Of a DNA stretch of 64,000 bases, positions 28,689-39,382 are shown one piece after another. The notes beneath the pieces are model-generated. The model was not told the origin of the DNA. It saw nothing but the letters and a program-made list of their open reading frames with translations, and ran no database searches. Origin of the DNA: Deltaproteobacteria bacterium. GTDB taxonomy: Bacteria; Myxococcota_A; Polyangia; Fen-1088. The position numbers and the translations under genes are program-made. The first letter of the stretch is position 1, and every line of letters starts with the position of its first letter. The stretch spans positions 192,001-256,000 of the forward strand of contig JANRKS010000001.1 in the NCBI GenBank assembly GCA_033763315.1, read 5' to 3'.

Positions 28689-30416
28689 ATGAATCGGATA
28701 AGCAGTTCACGTTCAAGCCGGTCAAACACGCCCCGTGCCAGGGCCGTTGTGGTGGCGCCCTTCCTCGTTGCTTGGTTCGTGTCAGCGCCGGGGTGTTCGG
28801 GCCATGTGGCTGAGCCCGCTGGCGGCGGCGACACGCAAGATCCTGGCGGTGCCAGCCCAGATGGTGCCGATGTCACGGGTGGCAACACCCTCAAGGCAGA
28901 AAGCGCCGGCCCCAAACCCTTACGACGCCTGACGCGCGACGAATACAACAACACTGTTCGTGACCTGTTGGGCGACAGCACGGCACCCGCTGCGGCCTTT
29001 GCCGACGACGTGCGAGGCGAGGGTGGGTTCTATTCACCCAACCGCGTGTCCGGCGTGGAAACCAGCGCTTACAGAGACGCGGCAGAAACGCTGGCCAGTG
29101 CGGCTGTGCAACGAACGCCGGCGTTGGCCAACTGTTCGGGCGCAGAGCCCATTTGTGCTGACGCCTTCATCGAAAGCTTCGGCCGCAAAGCCTTTCGCCG
29201 CCCGTTGAGCGCGGTAGAAAATCAGTCGCTTAAAGCTCTTTATACTAAGGTGCGCGCCGAACCCCTCAAGGCGCCTCACAAAGAAGCCATTCAGATCCTC
29301 ATCGCGGCCATGCTGCAAGCGCCTCAGTTTTTGTACCATTGGGAAGCGACCAGCTCTGCGCGTGAGCGTGATGGCAGTCTGGTGAAACTGGATGGCTTCG
29401 AGATCGCTTCGCGGTTGTCGTACTTCCTGTGGTCATCAATGCCCGACGATGAACTTTTGTCGGCGGCCGCCGCGGGTGAGCTTGATTCACAATCCAAGGT
29501 GGCCGAACACGCGGAGCGCTTGCTTGCTGATAAACGCGCTTCAAGCACAGTTTCGAGCTTCTTCGCACAGCTGCTCGACCTTGAGCGAGTGCCTGGCCTT
29601 GTCAAAGACCAAAGCGCCTACCCGGCGTTCAACAAAGATCTGGCCAAAGCGATGGTGGCCGAAGCAGACGCTTTCGTTAAATACGCGGTGCTCGACGACG
29701 GCAAGTATGAAACGCTGCTCACGTCACCCGTATCATTCATCAACGCCGACCTGGCGATGCTGTATGGCAAAGCGGGGGTGTCAGGCGCCGAACTTCGTAA
29801 AACCGAACTCAACCGGGATCAACGCTTTGGACTATTAACCCAAGGCGCGTTCTTGGCGGGCCAGGCGAACACATATGAAACGTCGCCGGTGCTGCGAGGT
29901 AAGTTGGTGCTCACGCGCTTGTTGTGCGAAACCGTTCCGCCGCCGCCGCCTGATGTGGACACGAGTTTGGGCACGCCCCAACCAGGCCAGCAAACACGAG
30001 AACGCTATGAGTCGCATTCAACGAATGCGTCCTGCGCCGGTTGTCACAAGACGCTTGATCCGTTTGGCTTCGCCTTCGAGAGCTATGATGGCATTGGGCG
30101 GTATCGAACCATGGACGCGGGGCGCCCCGTGCGCACAGATGGCAAGGTCAGTTTGCCCTCCGGTGACATCAGCTTCTCGAACGCCAAAGAGCTTGTGAGC
30201 CTCATTGCCAAGAGCCCCGAAGGCTTGGGCTGCATGGCGACCCAGTGGCTGCGGTTTGGTTTGGGACGGGCGGACGACGCTGCTGATGAAGGCTCACGTG
30301 AGCGCGCCTTGGCTGCGTTTAAGCAAGCGGGCGGAAATTTCCGCGAGCTGCTTTTGTCGATCGTGAAGTCCAAAACGTTCCGATATCGGGCTTTGTCCGA
30401 AGGCGAGGTGCTTTGA
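28689..30416 (+). CDS. DUF1592 family protein (DUF1587/1595/1592/1588/1585 architecture), lipoprotein with heme c motif
   Basis: LRRLTRDEYNNTVRDLLG, AFRRPL, ASRLSYFLWSSMPD, TSPVLRG, CAGCH, DPFGFAFESYDGIG. Confidence 0.92.
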   Translation: MNRISSSRSSRSNTPRARAVVVAPFLVAWFVSAPGCSGHVAEPAGGGDTQDPGGASPDGADVTGGNTLKAESAGPKPLRRLTRDEYNNTVRDLLGDSTAPAAAFADDVRGEGGFYSPNRVSGVETSAYRDAAETLASAAVQRTPALANCSGAEPICADAFIESFGRKAFRRPLSAVENQSLKALYTKVRAEPLKAPHKEAIQILIAAMLQAPQFLYHWEATSSARERDGSLVKLDGFEIASRLSYFLWSSMPDDELLSAAAAGELDSQSKVAEHAERLLADKRASSTVSSFFAQLLDLERVPGLVKDQSAYPAFNKDLAKAMVAEADAFVKYAVLDDGKYETLLTSPVSFINADLAMLYGKAGVSGAELRKTELNRDQRFGLLTQGAFLAGQANTYETSPVLRGKLVLTRLLCETVPPPPPDVDTSLGTPQPGQQTRERYESHSTNASCAGCHKTLDPFGFAFESYDGIGRYRTMDAGRPVRTDGKVSLPSGDISFSNAKELVSLIAKSPEGLGCMATQWLRFGLGRADDAADEGSRERALAAFKQAGGNFRELLLSIVKSKTFRYRALSEGEVL

Positions 30417-31924
30417 TGTTTCCATCACGTCGAGGGTTTCTAAAGGCAGCTGGCCTCAGTGGTGCGATGTTGCCGTTGCTCAACGCCGATCTCGCTCGTG
30501 CCGCGGCGCCACCCAAACGTTTGGTGGTGTTCTGTTGGAGCAACGGCATTCGTCGCAATGACTTCTGGCCGGAAGTGGGACCGACCAAAAGCGCCACGGA
30601 CTGGATATTGCCTGTGCCCGGCACAGCGCCACCGCAACAAACACCTGTGGCTTTGCCGATGCTTGAGCCATTGGTCAAAGAATTCCGCAACGACATGATC
30701 ATCGCTGGCGGCTTCGACGTAAGCGCCCTCTATGAAGCCCGCAAACCGAATTACCAGGCCACGCCTTCCCGTGGCGCCGGCCACAACACAATGTGTTGCT
30801 TGCTCACGGGTGCCTATCCAGCGCAATACCGCGATGGCTTTCAATCATCGGGCGGCCCCTCGGTGGATCAAGTGATCGGCCGCGAACTGGCCAAACGCCA
30901 CGGGTTGGCCTTCCCGTCTTTGGTGATCGGCGGCCGCGCCAACGCAGGCTTTCAAGGCACCATCTCTTACGCAGGTGTTGACGATCCGGGCATCACGCCC
31001 GAAAACGATCCCAGCAATCTATTCAAGACCCTGTTTGCGGGGCGCAATCTTCCGAAGGGCACCTTCGATCGCGTGGCTGCCACCCGGCAGAGCATCCTTG
31101 ATTACGTCGCTCCTGAACTCGTGCGGTTCGGCGGCAGATTTGGCGGCGAAGACAAGCAGAAGATCAGCGCGCATCTGCAAACCATTCGCGATCTCGAAAA
31201 CCAGCTCAAAGGTGGCGCCAACCCGGTTGAATGCACGGCGCCCACGACGCCCACGGCGGACTACAAACCCAACGACATGCTTCCTGCGTTGCTGAAGATG
31301 CAATCAGATCTTCTGGCCACAGCCTTCAAATGTGATCTGACCCGCGTCGCCACTTTCAATTTCGAGAACACGGGCGGCAACAACATTGCGTTCAGTTGGC
31401 TTGGCCAAGAGTTCGTCGGCAAGGGCGACGAATACCCCACGCGTCAGCACCACGACATCGCGCACAATTTCTTTCGCAGTGACATAGGGGCACTTCGTCA
31501 CAGCCGGGTGAACCAGTGGTTCTTCGAGCAGGTGGCGTATTTCGTGCGCCTGTTGAAGAACACACCCGAAGGTGCGGGCACCATGCTTGATAACACCGCG
31601 GTCGTGGTGTTGAACTCGATGGGCCAAAACCACGCCTCGGCAGGTTTGCCTTGTGTGATCCTGGGAAGCTGCGGCGGATACTTTAAAACGGGTGGCCGCT
31701 TGGTGCGCATGAACGAGTTCGCCACACAAAACAAGTATCCGTTTTACTGGGGCCCCGGCGAGCTGGGCATGCGCGATGGCAAACTGATGGAGTGGAACGC
31801 CTATGCTGTGGCTGGTGCGCCCATCAACCGCTTGCTGGTGTCGTTGGCCAACGCTATGGACGTTCCCACAGCCACGTTTGGTGAGCCGCAATATGGCGGC
31901 GAGATTACGGAGCTGCGCGGGTAA
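30416..31924 (+). CDS. DUF1552 family protein, Tat-exported
   Basis: SRRGFLK Tat signal; SVDQVI, H...IRDLE, AFKCDLTRVAT, HHDIAH, TMLDNT. Confidence 0.92.
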   Translation: MFPSRRGFLKAAGLSGAMLPLLNADLARAAAPPKRLVVFCWSNGIRRNDFWPEVGPTKSATDWILPVPGTAPPQQTPVALPMLEPLVKEFRNDMIIAGGFDVSALYEARKPNYQATPSRGAGHNTMCCLLTGAYPAQYRDGFQSSGGPSVDQVIGRELAKRHGLAFPSLVIGGRANAGFQGTISYAGVDDPGITPENDPSNLFKTLFAGRNLPKGTFDRVAATRQSILDYVAPELVRFGGRFGGEDKQKISAHLQTIRDLENQLKGGANPVECTAPTTPTADYKPNDMLPALLKMQSDLLATAFKCDLTRVATFNFENTGGNNIAFSWLGQEFVGKGDEYPTRQHHDIAHNFFRSDIGALRHSRVNQWFFEQVAYFVRLLKNTPEGAGTMLDNTAVVVLNSMGQNHASAGLPCVILGSCGGYFKTGGRLVRMNEFATQNKYPFYWGPGELGMRDGKLMEWNAYAVAGAPINRLLVSLANAMDVPTATFGEPQYGGEITELRG

Positions 31925-31992
31925 GCAGCCTGCGCCGGCGCGTGCGCTCGCTCGGCTTGTCTCATGAGATGTGCTTGATGGACGCGCCCGTC

Positions 31993-32240
31993 ATGCACCC
32001 CGAGAGGGTCATGTTCCGTGACTACGGCATCACCAAGGGCGAGCTGTGTGCGCACGATCAGTCCGTGGCCCCCACCCGGTGATGATCCCAAATCGTTACG
32101 TGCGGCGCCTTTGGCGGTGCGGGATCTGGCTTGACGAATTGAAGTTGCCTTCACATCGCCCTCGCTGTGGACGACGATACGGATTTTGAAACCACTGGGC
32201 TGTTCGCTCGTGGCGCGAGACGCGGTGCTGGTCAACCCGC
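31993..32240 (+). pseudogene. Remnant of LigD primase-polymerase domain
   Basis: Collinear fragments HPERVMFRDYGITKGEL..SVAP / DDPKSLRAAPLAVRDL-LDELKLPS / HIALAVDDDTDFE, broken by a stop codon, frameshifts and deletions. Confidence 0.65.
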
Positions 32241-32346
32241 CGTCCCGTGTCGCGTAAAGCGAAACGCAAGCCTTAAAGCGCGGGCGCGCCGGTCGGGTTT
32301 GCAGCGCAGGCGCCGATGAGTTTAAATTGGCGGTGGTGGAAGGGTG

Positions 32347-34134
32347 ATGGGATCAACGGATTTCAAGCTCCTGTTCGAATCCTGCCCCGGTCTTTACCTA
32401 GTTTTAGACCGGGAACTTTGCATTGTGGCCGCCAGCAACGCGTACCTGCAGGCGAGCATGACCCGGCGTGACGACATCCTTGGACGAAACATCTTCGAAG
32501 TGTTTCCGGATAACCCCGACGACCCGCAAGCCACTGGTGTTTCGAATCTACGGATGTCTCTTGAACGGGTGCTCGCCACGTCCGAACCGGACACCATGGC
32601 GGTGCAAAAGTACGACGTACGCCGGCCTGACACAGGGTTGTTTGAGGAAAGATTTTGGAGCCCGTTTAACACGCCCGTTCGCAGCGAGTCGGGGGAGCTG
32701 CTCTACATCATTCATCGTGTTGAAGATGTCACCGAGTTTATCAAGATGCGCCAAGCGGGCAGTGAACAATCCCGGATCAACGACGAGCTTCGCCAGCGCG
32801 CTGGACGCATGGAGGCCGAGATCTATCGCCGCGCGCAGGAAATTCAGGAGGCGAACCATCGCCTCTTGCAAACAACCGCCACACTTGAACGGCACGTGGC
32901 TGCGGGCGCAAGTGACTTGCAGCAATCAGCCGAGGCACTGGCGCTCGAAAGCCGTGAACGGCTCAAGACGCAAGCCGCGCTTCGGCAAAGCGAAGAGCAG
33001 CTGCGCCAGGCTCAAAAGATGGAGGCGGTCGGTCGCATGGCAGGCGGCGTGGCACATGACTTCAACAACATGTTGTCGGTGGTTCTAAGTTATGCGTCCG
33101 AGCTCGTTGAAAGCGGTACATTAAGTGAATCGAACCTGCTGGCGGCACAGCAAATCGAACGCGCGGGCGCTCGGGCCGCAGACTTGACCAAGCGACTGTT
33201 GACGTTTAGTCGCCAACAAGTCACCGATCTGCGGCCGATCGACTTGAACGAGGTTTTGGCTGGTACGTTCAAGATGTTGCAACGCGTGTGCAAGGAGAAC
33301 ATCGCCTTAAGCATGACGCAGGGGCATGAGCTTGGTCGCATCCGCGCCGATGCAGGTCAAATCGAGCAGGTGCTGATGAACTTGGTGGTCAACGCCCAAG
33401 ACGCCATGCCAGACGGAGGTCAGATCAACGTTTCAACGTTGAACGTGAATCTTGATGAGGCTTACACGCGCGAGCACCTTGGTGTGCTGCCGGGCCCTTA
33501 CGTGTTGCTTTCCGTGAGCGACACAGGTGTTGGCATGGACAAAGAAACGCAATCGCGTGTGTTCGAGCCGTTCTTTACCACCAAGCCCCGTGGCCGAGGT
33601 ACAGGCCTTGGTCTTTCCACAGTGTTTGGCATTGTGAAGCAAAGTGGCGGCAGCATTTGGCTTTACAGCGAGCCGGGCGTGGGCACGACGTTCAAACTCT
33701 ATTTTCCGCGCATCGACGCTGCACCTGTGGCTCCTGTGGTCACCGTCGCCTCAACTGCAGTGGGTGGAACAGAAACCATCTTAGTGGTTGAAGATGACAT
33801 GCAAATCCGTGAGGTCGTTTGCCGCGTCCTGCAGCGCAGTGGTTATCAAGTGATTGAAGCCAAGGGGCCGCTGGAATGTCTGGAGTTGATGACAGGCCAC
33901 ACATCTCGAATTGATTTGCTCTTAACAGACGTTGTCATGCCCCAGCTAAATGGTCCGGAGCTTGCGCGCAAGATCCAGGCGCTTCACCCCGAGATCAAGG
34001 TTCTGTTTATATCGGGATACACCGATGACGCCATCGTGCACCATGGGGTGCTTGCCCCTGGCGTGCAATTCCTGCAAAAGCCGCTTACGCCCCGGGCTTT
34101 GACCACACGCGTTCGCGAAGTGCTCGACCAATAG
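32347..34134 (+). CDS. PAS-domain hybrid sensor histidine kinase/response regulator
   Basis: PAS (GRNIFEVFPDNP); H-box AHDFNN; NLVVNAQDAM, FFTTK..GTGLGL; receiver LLTDVVMP. Confidence 0.95.
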   Translation: MGSTDFKLLFESCPGLYLVLDRELCIVAASNAYLQASMTRRDDILGRNIFEVFPDNPDDPQATGVSNLRMSLERVLATSEPDTMAVQKYDVRRPDTGLFEERFWSPFNTPVRSESGELLYIIHRVEDVTEFIKMRQAGSEQSRINDELRQRAGRMEAEIYRRAQEIQEANHRLLQTTATLERHVAAGASDLQQSAEALALESRERLKTQAALRQSEEQLRQAQKMEAVGRMAGGVAHDFNNMLSVVLSYASELVESGTLSESNLLAAQQIERAGARAADLTKRLLTFSRQQVTDLRPIDLNEVLAGTFKMLQRVCKENIALSMTQGHELGRIRADAGQIEQVLMNLVVNAQDAMPDGGQINVSTLNVNLDEAYTREHLGVLPGPYVLLSVSDTGVGMDKETQSRVFEPFFTTKPRGRGTGLGLSTVFGIVKQSGGSIWLYSEPGVGTTFKLYFPRIDAAPVAPVVTVASTAVGGTETILVVEDDMQIREVVCRVLQRSGYQVIEAKGPLECLELMTGHTSRIDLLLTDVVMPQLNGPELARKIQALHPEIKVLFISGYTDDAIVHHGVLAPGVQFLQKPLTPRALTTRVREVLDQ

Positions 34135-34171
34135 CCAAGTTGCCGCCGATAGATGTGCTACGTCTACCGGC

Positions 34172-35548
34172 GTGTCAGCTTTCGCCGCGCTTAACCTCCC
34201 CGTCTCGATGACCCGTGCCTTGGAGGTGCTGGGCTTTGCTGAGATGACGCCGGTTCAAGCGCACGCGTTGCCACCGTTGCTCGCAGGAAAAGATGTGATT
34301 GCGCAAGCGCGCACGGGAAGCGGCAAGACGGTGGCATTCGGCCTGGCGCTGCTCGCGCGCTTGGACATGGAAAATCGCCACACGCAATGCCTGGTCCTTT
34401 GCCCCACGCGGGAGTTGGCGGATCAGGTCAGCGCTGAGCTGCGGCGCCTGGGGCGCTTCATTGCCAACTTGCGCGTTGTGACCTTGTGCGGTGGGGTGCC
34501 CGTCCGCGAGCAGGCCCCCTCGCTGCAGCAGGCACCACAAGTCATTGTGGGAACGCCGGGACGTCTGCTTGATCACATTGAACGCGGCACCATTGATCTC
34601 AAGCATCTTGCGGTGCTGGTCTTGGACGAAGCCGATCGCATGCTGGATATGGGTTTCTTTGAAGCGATTTCCGCGGTGGTTTCAGAAACACCCGCCACGC
34701 GTCAAACGATGTTGTTCTCCGCAACGTTTCCGGACGCCATTCGCAAGTTGAGCCGGCAACTGCAGAAGACACCGGTCGAGATCACCGTAGACACTGCGGC
34801 GCCAGAGGCCGAAATCACACAGTTCTTCTTCAAGGTGCAGGCGCAGGAAAAGCCCAACGCTTTGGTGGCGCTGTTGCAAGAGCACAAACCGGAAACGGCG
34901 CTTGTGTTTTGCCACACCCGCAACGACACACGTGATGTGACCTCAGCGCTTGTAAGGCGTGGATACGACGCGCTCGCGTTGCATGGTGAGCTAGAACAGC
35001 GGGAGCGGGATGAGGTGCTTCTGCGTTTTACGCACGGATCGTGCCGCGTGCTCGTTGCAACCGATGTGGCAGCCCGTGGCCTTGACATCAAAGGTCTTGC
35101 GCTGGTGATCTGTTATGAACTTCCTGTGCAGACGGAAGTGCACGTGCACCGCATTGGCCGCACGGGCCGCGCTGGCCGTTCTGGCCTTGCGTTGAGCTTG
35201 TGCGCCCCCAATGAACAAGATCGCGCCGCAGCCCTTGAACAGGCGCAAGGCTCGCCCCTGCACTGGGCGCCGTTGCCTGCGCTTGCCGAGGACGCACACC
35301 CCACGCCTGCGCCCGTCGTTACCTTTGCGATAGACGGTGGCCGCCAGGACAAGCTTCGGCCCGGCGACCTGCTCGGGGCACTCACGAACGCGGCGGCGCT
35401 CCCGGGTGAATCCGTGGGCAAGATCGACGTGCTCGCAAAACGCAGTTACGTATCTGTCAACCGCACGCACGCCCAGACGCTGGATAAGCTTGGAAAACTG
35501 CGCGTGAAAACCCGCAGTTTTCGCATTTCACGTTTGGGCGGACGCTAA
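34172..35548 (+). CDS. dbpA: ATP-dependent RNA helicase DbpA
   Basis: TGSGKT, PTRELA, DEAD, SAT, HRIGRTGR; DbpA RNA-binding tail KLRPGDLLGAL. Confidence 0.93.
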   Translation: MSAFAALNLPVSMTRALEVLGFAEMTPVQAHALPPLLAGKDVIAQARTGSGKTVAFGLALLARLDMENRHTQCLVLCPTRELADQVSAELRRLGRFIANLRVVTLCGGVPVREQAPSLQQAPQVIVGTPGRLLDHIERGTIDLKHLAVLVLDEADRMLDMGFFEAISAVVSETPATRQTMLFSATFPDAIRKLSRQLQKTPVEITVDTAAPEAEITQFFFKVQAQEKPNALVALLQEHKPETALVFCHTRNDTRDVTSALVRRGYDALALHGELEQRERDEVLLRFTHGSCRVLVATDVAARGLDIKGLALVICYELPVQTEVHVHRIGRTGRAGRSGLALSLCAPNEQDRAAALEQAQGSPLHWAPLPALAEDAHPTPAPVVTFAIDGGRQDKLRPGDLLGALTNAAALPGESVGKIDVLAKRSYVSVNRTHAQTLDKLGKLRVKTRSFRISRLGGR

Positions 35549-35611
35549 GCCGGGTCTCCTGAGGGTGGGGCACGTTGATTGCAGCGCTACTGCAAGAAAG
35601 GCATCAGCGGA

Positions 35612-35638
35612 TGTCGAAGGCCGACCGGTTCGTTCGTC
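35612..35638 (+). promoter_or_regulatory. ECF42-type promoter TGTCGA-N16-TCGTC
   Basis: Motif ends 56 nt upstream of the SRPBCC start; near-identical motif at 52269. Confidence 0.6.
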
Positions 35639-35694
35639 GTCCAGATGGGGCCGCGCAGGTCCCTCATTGACAGCAAGACAACAGGAGAAAAATC

Positions 35695-36138
35695 ATGCCA
35701 AGTACCGTGCGTCTACATCGCGTGTTTGCAACAAAGCCGGAAAAGATTTTTAGGGCCTTCGTTGAACCAGACGCCATAGCCAGTTGGTTGCCGCCGTATG
35801 GCTTCCTTTGCACCGTTCATTCGATGGATGCCAAAGTGGGTGGTGGCTACAAAATGTCATTTAGAAACTTCACGACTGGGAAGGAGGACTCGTTCGGAGG
35901 AAAGTATCTTGAGATTTCCCCAGGGCAACGTCTTGTTTATACGGATGCCTTCGACGATCCCAATTTACCCGGTGAAATGCGGACCACCGTTACCTTTAAG
36001 GCGGTTTCGGTTGGCACGGAAGTGAACATTGAACAACAGGGAATACCCGACGCGATCCCCGCCGAGGGCTGCTACCTAGGGTGGCAAGATTCGCTGAAGA
36101 AGCTGGAAAATCTGGTTCTGCCTGAGATCAATGAGTGA
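35695..36138 (+). CDS. SRPBCC (AHSA1-like) family protein
   Basis: LHRVF...PEKIFRAF..PDA..SWLPP; CYLGWQDSL; AGGAG RBS. Confidence 0.9.
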   Translation: MPSTVRLHRVFATKPEKIFRAFVEPDAIASWLPPYGFLCTVHSMDAKVGGGYKMSFRNFTTGKEDSFGGKYLEISPGQRLVYTDAFDDPNLPGEMRTTVTFKAVSVGTEVNIEQQGIPDAIPAEGCYLGWQDSLKKLENLVLPEINE

Positions 36139-36284
36139 CATCAGGCGCCTCGCGCACCACGTCCCGCGCTTCCCTATCGAAGTGCGGGGCGAGCACGCGA
36201 GGGTGACGAAGCTGTCCGTGCCGTGAGCGCGACACTCCCTCTGCACGTCACCGGTGCTATAGTCGGCCGCGCAGGAGCCCACCC

Positions 36285-37916
36285 ATGTCGACGTTTCAAG
36301 AAATTCTTCCGTTAGGCCCCGATACCACCCCTTACGAAAAGATCTCGGGGGATTACGTTTCTACGTTCGAGGCCGCTGGCCAAACCTTTTTGAAGGTCGA
36401 GCCGCAAGCGCTCACGATGTTGGCGAAGCACGTGATGCGAGACATTTCGCATCTGTTGCGTCCGGGGCACCTGCAACAATTGGCGAACATCCTCAAAGAT
36501 CCCGAAGCCTCGGCGAACGATCGGTTCGTGGCTTTGGATCTGCTGAAGAACGCCAACATCGCCGCGGGTGGCGTGCTGCCGATGTGCCAAGACACAGGCA
36601 CGGCCATTGTGATGGGCAAAAAGGGCCAACGTGTGTTTACAGGTTTCAACGATGAAGCTGCGCTTGCCGAAGGGATCTTGCAAACGTACGCCGAAACGAA
36701 CCTACGTTACTCGCAGCTGGCGCCGTTGGATCTGTTTCGCGAGGTGAATACGAAGACGAACTTGCCCGCGCAGATCGAGCTTTTTGCCACTGAAGGCGAC
36801 GCCTATAAATTCCTATTCATGGCCAAAGGCGGCGGTTCGGCCAATAAGAGTTATCTTTATCAAGAAACCAAGGCGTTGCTGAACCCCGAGAGCTTGGTGA
36901 AGTTTCTCGACGCGAAGCTGCGCACGTTGGGAACGTCGGCATGCCCGCCTTACCACTTGGCCGTGGTGATCGGTGGCCCCTCGGCTGAGTTCACGTTGAA
37001 GACGGCAAAGCTCGCGTCCGCACGTTATTTGGATTCGCTTCCATCCACCGGGAATGAGCTGGGCCGCGGCTTTCGCGATGTGGAGTGGGAACAAAAAGTG
37101 CTGGAAATTGCGCAGAAAACCGCGATTGGTGCGCAGTTTGGTGGCAAATACTTTTGCCACGACGTGCGCGTGATTCGCTTGCCGCGCCACGGGGCTTCAT
37201 GCCCGGTGGGCATCGCCGTTTCGTGCGCGGCCGATCGCCAGGCTTTGGCCAAGATCACGCGCGAAGGCTTGTTCGTGGAGCACCTTGAACACGATCCAGC
37301 GAAGTATTTGCCCGCGCCCACGCATGAAGATCTCGGTGGCGATGTGGTGGCCATCGATTTGAATCAGGGCATGGCGCAAGTACGCCAACAGTTGTCGCAG
37401 CACCCGATCAAAACGCGTTTAGCGCTCTCGGGTACGATGGTTGTGGCCCGCGACATCGCTCACGCCAAGATCAAGGAACGTTTGGATCAAGGCCTTGGTA
37501 TGCCTGAGTACCTGCGCAACCACCCCGTGTATTACGCAGGGCCGGCGAAGACGCCCGCCGGATACGCTTCGGGTTCATTTGGCCCCACCACGGCGGGCCG
37601 CATGGACGCTTACGTGGATCAATTCCAAAGCGAAGGCGGCAGTTTGATCATGCTGGCCAAGGGCAACCGTTCGCAGCAAGTTACCGACGCCTGCAAAAAG
37701 TATGGCGGCTTTTATCTTGGCTCCATCGGCGGCCCCGCCGCGCGTCTGGCACAAGACTGCATCAAGAAGGTGGAAGTCTTGGAGTATCCCGAACTCGGCA
37801 TGGAAGCTGTGTGGCGAATCGAAGTGCAGGATTTCCCTGCATTCATCGTCGTGGACGACAAAGGCAACGACTTTTTCGCAGAGTTAACCGGCAGCAAGCT
37901 GAAGGTGGTTTCTTGA
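36285..37916 (+). CDS. fumA: Fumarate hydratase class I (Fe-S)
   Basis: [47 protein letters not shown]. Confidence 0.96.
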   Translation: MSTFQEILPLGPDTTPYEKISGDYVSTFEAAGQTFLKVEPQALTMLAKHVMRDISHLLRPGHLQQLANILKDPEASANDRFVALDLLKNANIAAGGVLPMCQDTGTAIVMGKKGQRVFTGFNDEAALAEGILQTYAETNLRYSQLAPLDLFREVNTKTNLPAQIELFATEGDAYKFLFMAKGGGSANKSYLYQETKALLNPESLVKFLDAKLRTLGTSACPPYHLAVVIGGPSAEFTLKTAKLASARYLDSLPSTGNELGRGFRDVEWEQKVLEIAQKTAIGAQFGGKYFCHDVRVIRLPRHGASCPVGIAVSCAADRQALAKITREGLFVEHLEHDPAKYLPAPTHEDLGGDVVAIDLNQGMAQVRQQLSQHPIKTRLALSGTMVVARDIAHAKIKERLDQGLGMPEYLRNHPVYYAGPAKTPAGYASGSFGPTTAGRMDAYVDQFQSEGGSLIMLAKGNRSQQVTDACKKYGGFYLGSIGGPAARLAQDCIKKVEVLEYPELGMEAVWRIEVQDFPAFIVVDDKGNDFFAELTGSKLKVVS

Positions 37917-37956
37917 CCGGGCGTTAGGCAATGCGCCTAGAAGAGAGAGACGCTTC

Positions 37957-38289
37957 ATGGCGATGATTTGGAGATCTCATCAGGTGTGCGAAAGCTGTGG
38001 ATGGGCGGGTACGACAAGAGCGCATCAGTTGAACATCGTGAGTGGATTGCTTTACGTAACGGCATCGATTGTGCTCGTGTTATTGGACGCGATTAAAGTT
38101 GTTGACCTCAAAAGGATCGTTACTCTGCCCATGGTGGTGTTCGCTCTTTTCTGGTTCTACGGTGTGCCGCGCATCCTTTGGCAAATGAACACCTGCGGGG
38201 CGTGCAGGCAACGCATGCCAGTAAAGTTGTTGTCGGGCCGCGCCACCCACCCCGCGGCTGCAGGCGACCAAGATTCGCCCCGAAGCTGA
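37957..38289 (+). CDS. Small two-TM membrane protein flanked by CxxC motifs
   Basis: CESC ... two hydrophobic segments ... CGAC; purine-rich RBS. Confidence 0.55.
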   Translation: MAMIWRSHQVCESCGWAGTTRAHQLNIVSGLLYVTASIVLVLLDAIKVVDLKRIVTLPMVVFALFWFYGVPRILWQMNTCGACRQRMPVKLLSGRATHPAAAGDQDSPRS

Positions 38290-38350
38290 ATCCAGCTAGC
38301 ATCGCTCGCAGTGCTGAGGTGCAAGTGAGCAGCGGTGGACCGGAAACAAC

Positions 38351-39382
38351 TCACCGAAACGGATTCTTAGGGTCGTCGGCGTTGTAGCGCATGCGGCAAA
38401 GCACTTTGTTCTTCGTATTCTTCAGCGCTGAGAGCACGCCTTGCCCGGCCACGCTTGGCAAGTTGTGAAACGCTTCGCACATGACGTCGGCCGCATAAGC
38501 GCGGCAAGCAGACATATCACGCGAAGCGGCTGCTTCCGCTTGTGGGGCATACGCCAAAACATGCTGCCACGCGCGCCGTTGCAGTTCATGCGCAAGTGGC
38601 AGTGCGATCTCGGGTGGCGGCGCAATGCCCTCTGCGCTCTCGCCGAACAACGTGCTGTAGTGAATCGCTGCCAAGAAGTAGGTGCCAATCGGCGTCAGAT
38701 GCACGTCATCGCGAAACACCGCACCGATGCGTTCGTCCGGCGTCGCGCCCACGATGCCCAGCACACGGTCGGCCATGAGATCCTGCACCAGATCGGCGAG
38801 CGCCGTGGCTCCGGGCAACACCAACACGCGTCCTGGGGTTCCCTGTGCTGCGTTCATGCGGTTGACCTGGCTGGCCACACACTCCCACAGCGGCAGTGCG
38901 CGGCGTTCGTAATCGACGAAGGCCTGCGGCGAGGTTCGCGCGCCGCTCATCCACACGTGATAAAACCATGTGCGCCCCGCGGGGTTCTGCTTCACGTGGC
39001 GCGCGTGCAGTTGCGATAAATGTTTGACCGTCTGTTCGTGATAGGCGGCGTAAGGCAGATCATGTCGTTCGGTTGCCACCAGAGCATCGAACGTCTGTTC
39101 GTCGGGCCACGCCGCCCGCTCGCGCAAAAGCGAACCTGGCGCGCTTCGAATCACGTGCGACCAGCTTTTGCCACGCGCGGCCGCCAAGCCGGCGATCACC
39201 TCAGGGATGCCATCCGACAGGCTGTGGCCCGAGTAAAACGCGCGCAACGCGGCGGGCGCACTTGCATCAACCGTGGAGCCATTCTGTGTGGTGGTCATCG
39301 TGGGGATACCCGAAGGCTTTTGACAGGCACCCAACACCCACCACGCAGCGATCGTTGCGAGCGCGAGCTGACGTTGGGCCAT
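38351..39382 (-). CDS. Hypothetical lipoprotein, SGNH-hydrolase-like
   Basis: LGAC lipobox; YSGHSL and DDVHL motifs. Confidence 0.65.
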   Translation of the reverse strand: MAQRQLALATIAAWWVLGACQKPSGIPTMTTTQNGSTVDASAPAALRAFYSGHSLSDGIPEVIAGLAAARGKSWSHVIRSAPGSLLRERAAWPDEQTFDALVATERHDLPYAAYHEQTVKHLSQLHARHVKQNPAGRTWFYHVWMSGARTSPQAFVDYERRALPLWECVASQVNRMNAAQGTPGRVLVLPGATALADLVQDLMADRVLGIVGATPDERIGAVFRDDVHLTPIGTYFLAAIHYSTLFGESAEGIAPPPEIALPLAHELQRRAWQHVLAYAPQAEAAASRDMSACRAYAADVMCEAFHNLPSVAGQGVLSALKNTKNKVLCRMRYNADDPKNPFR

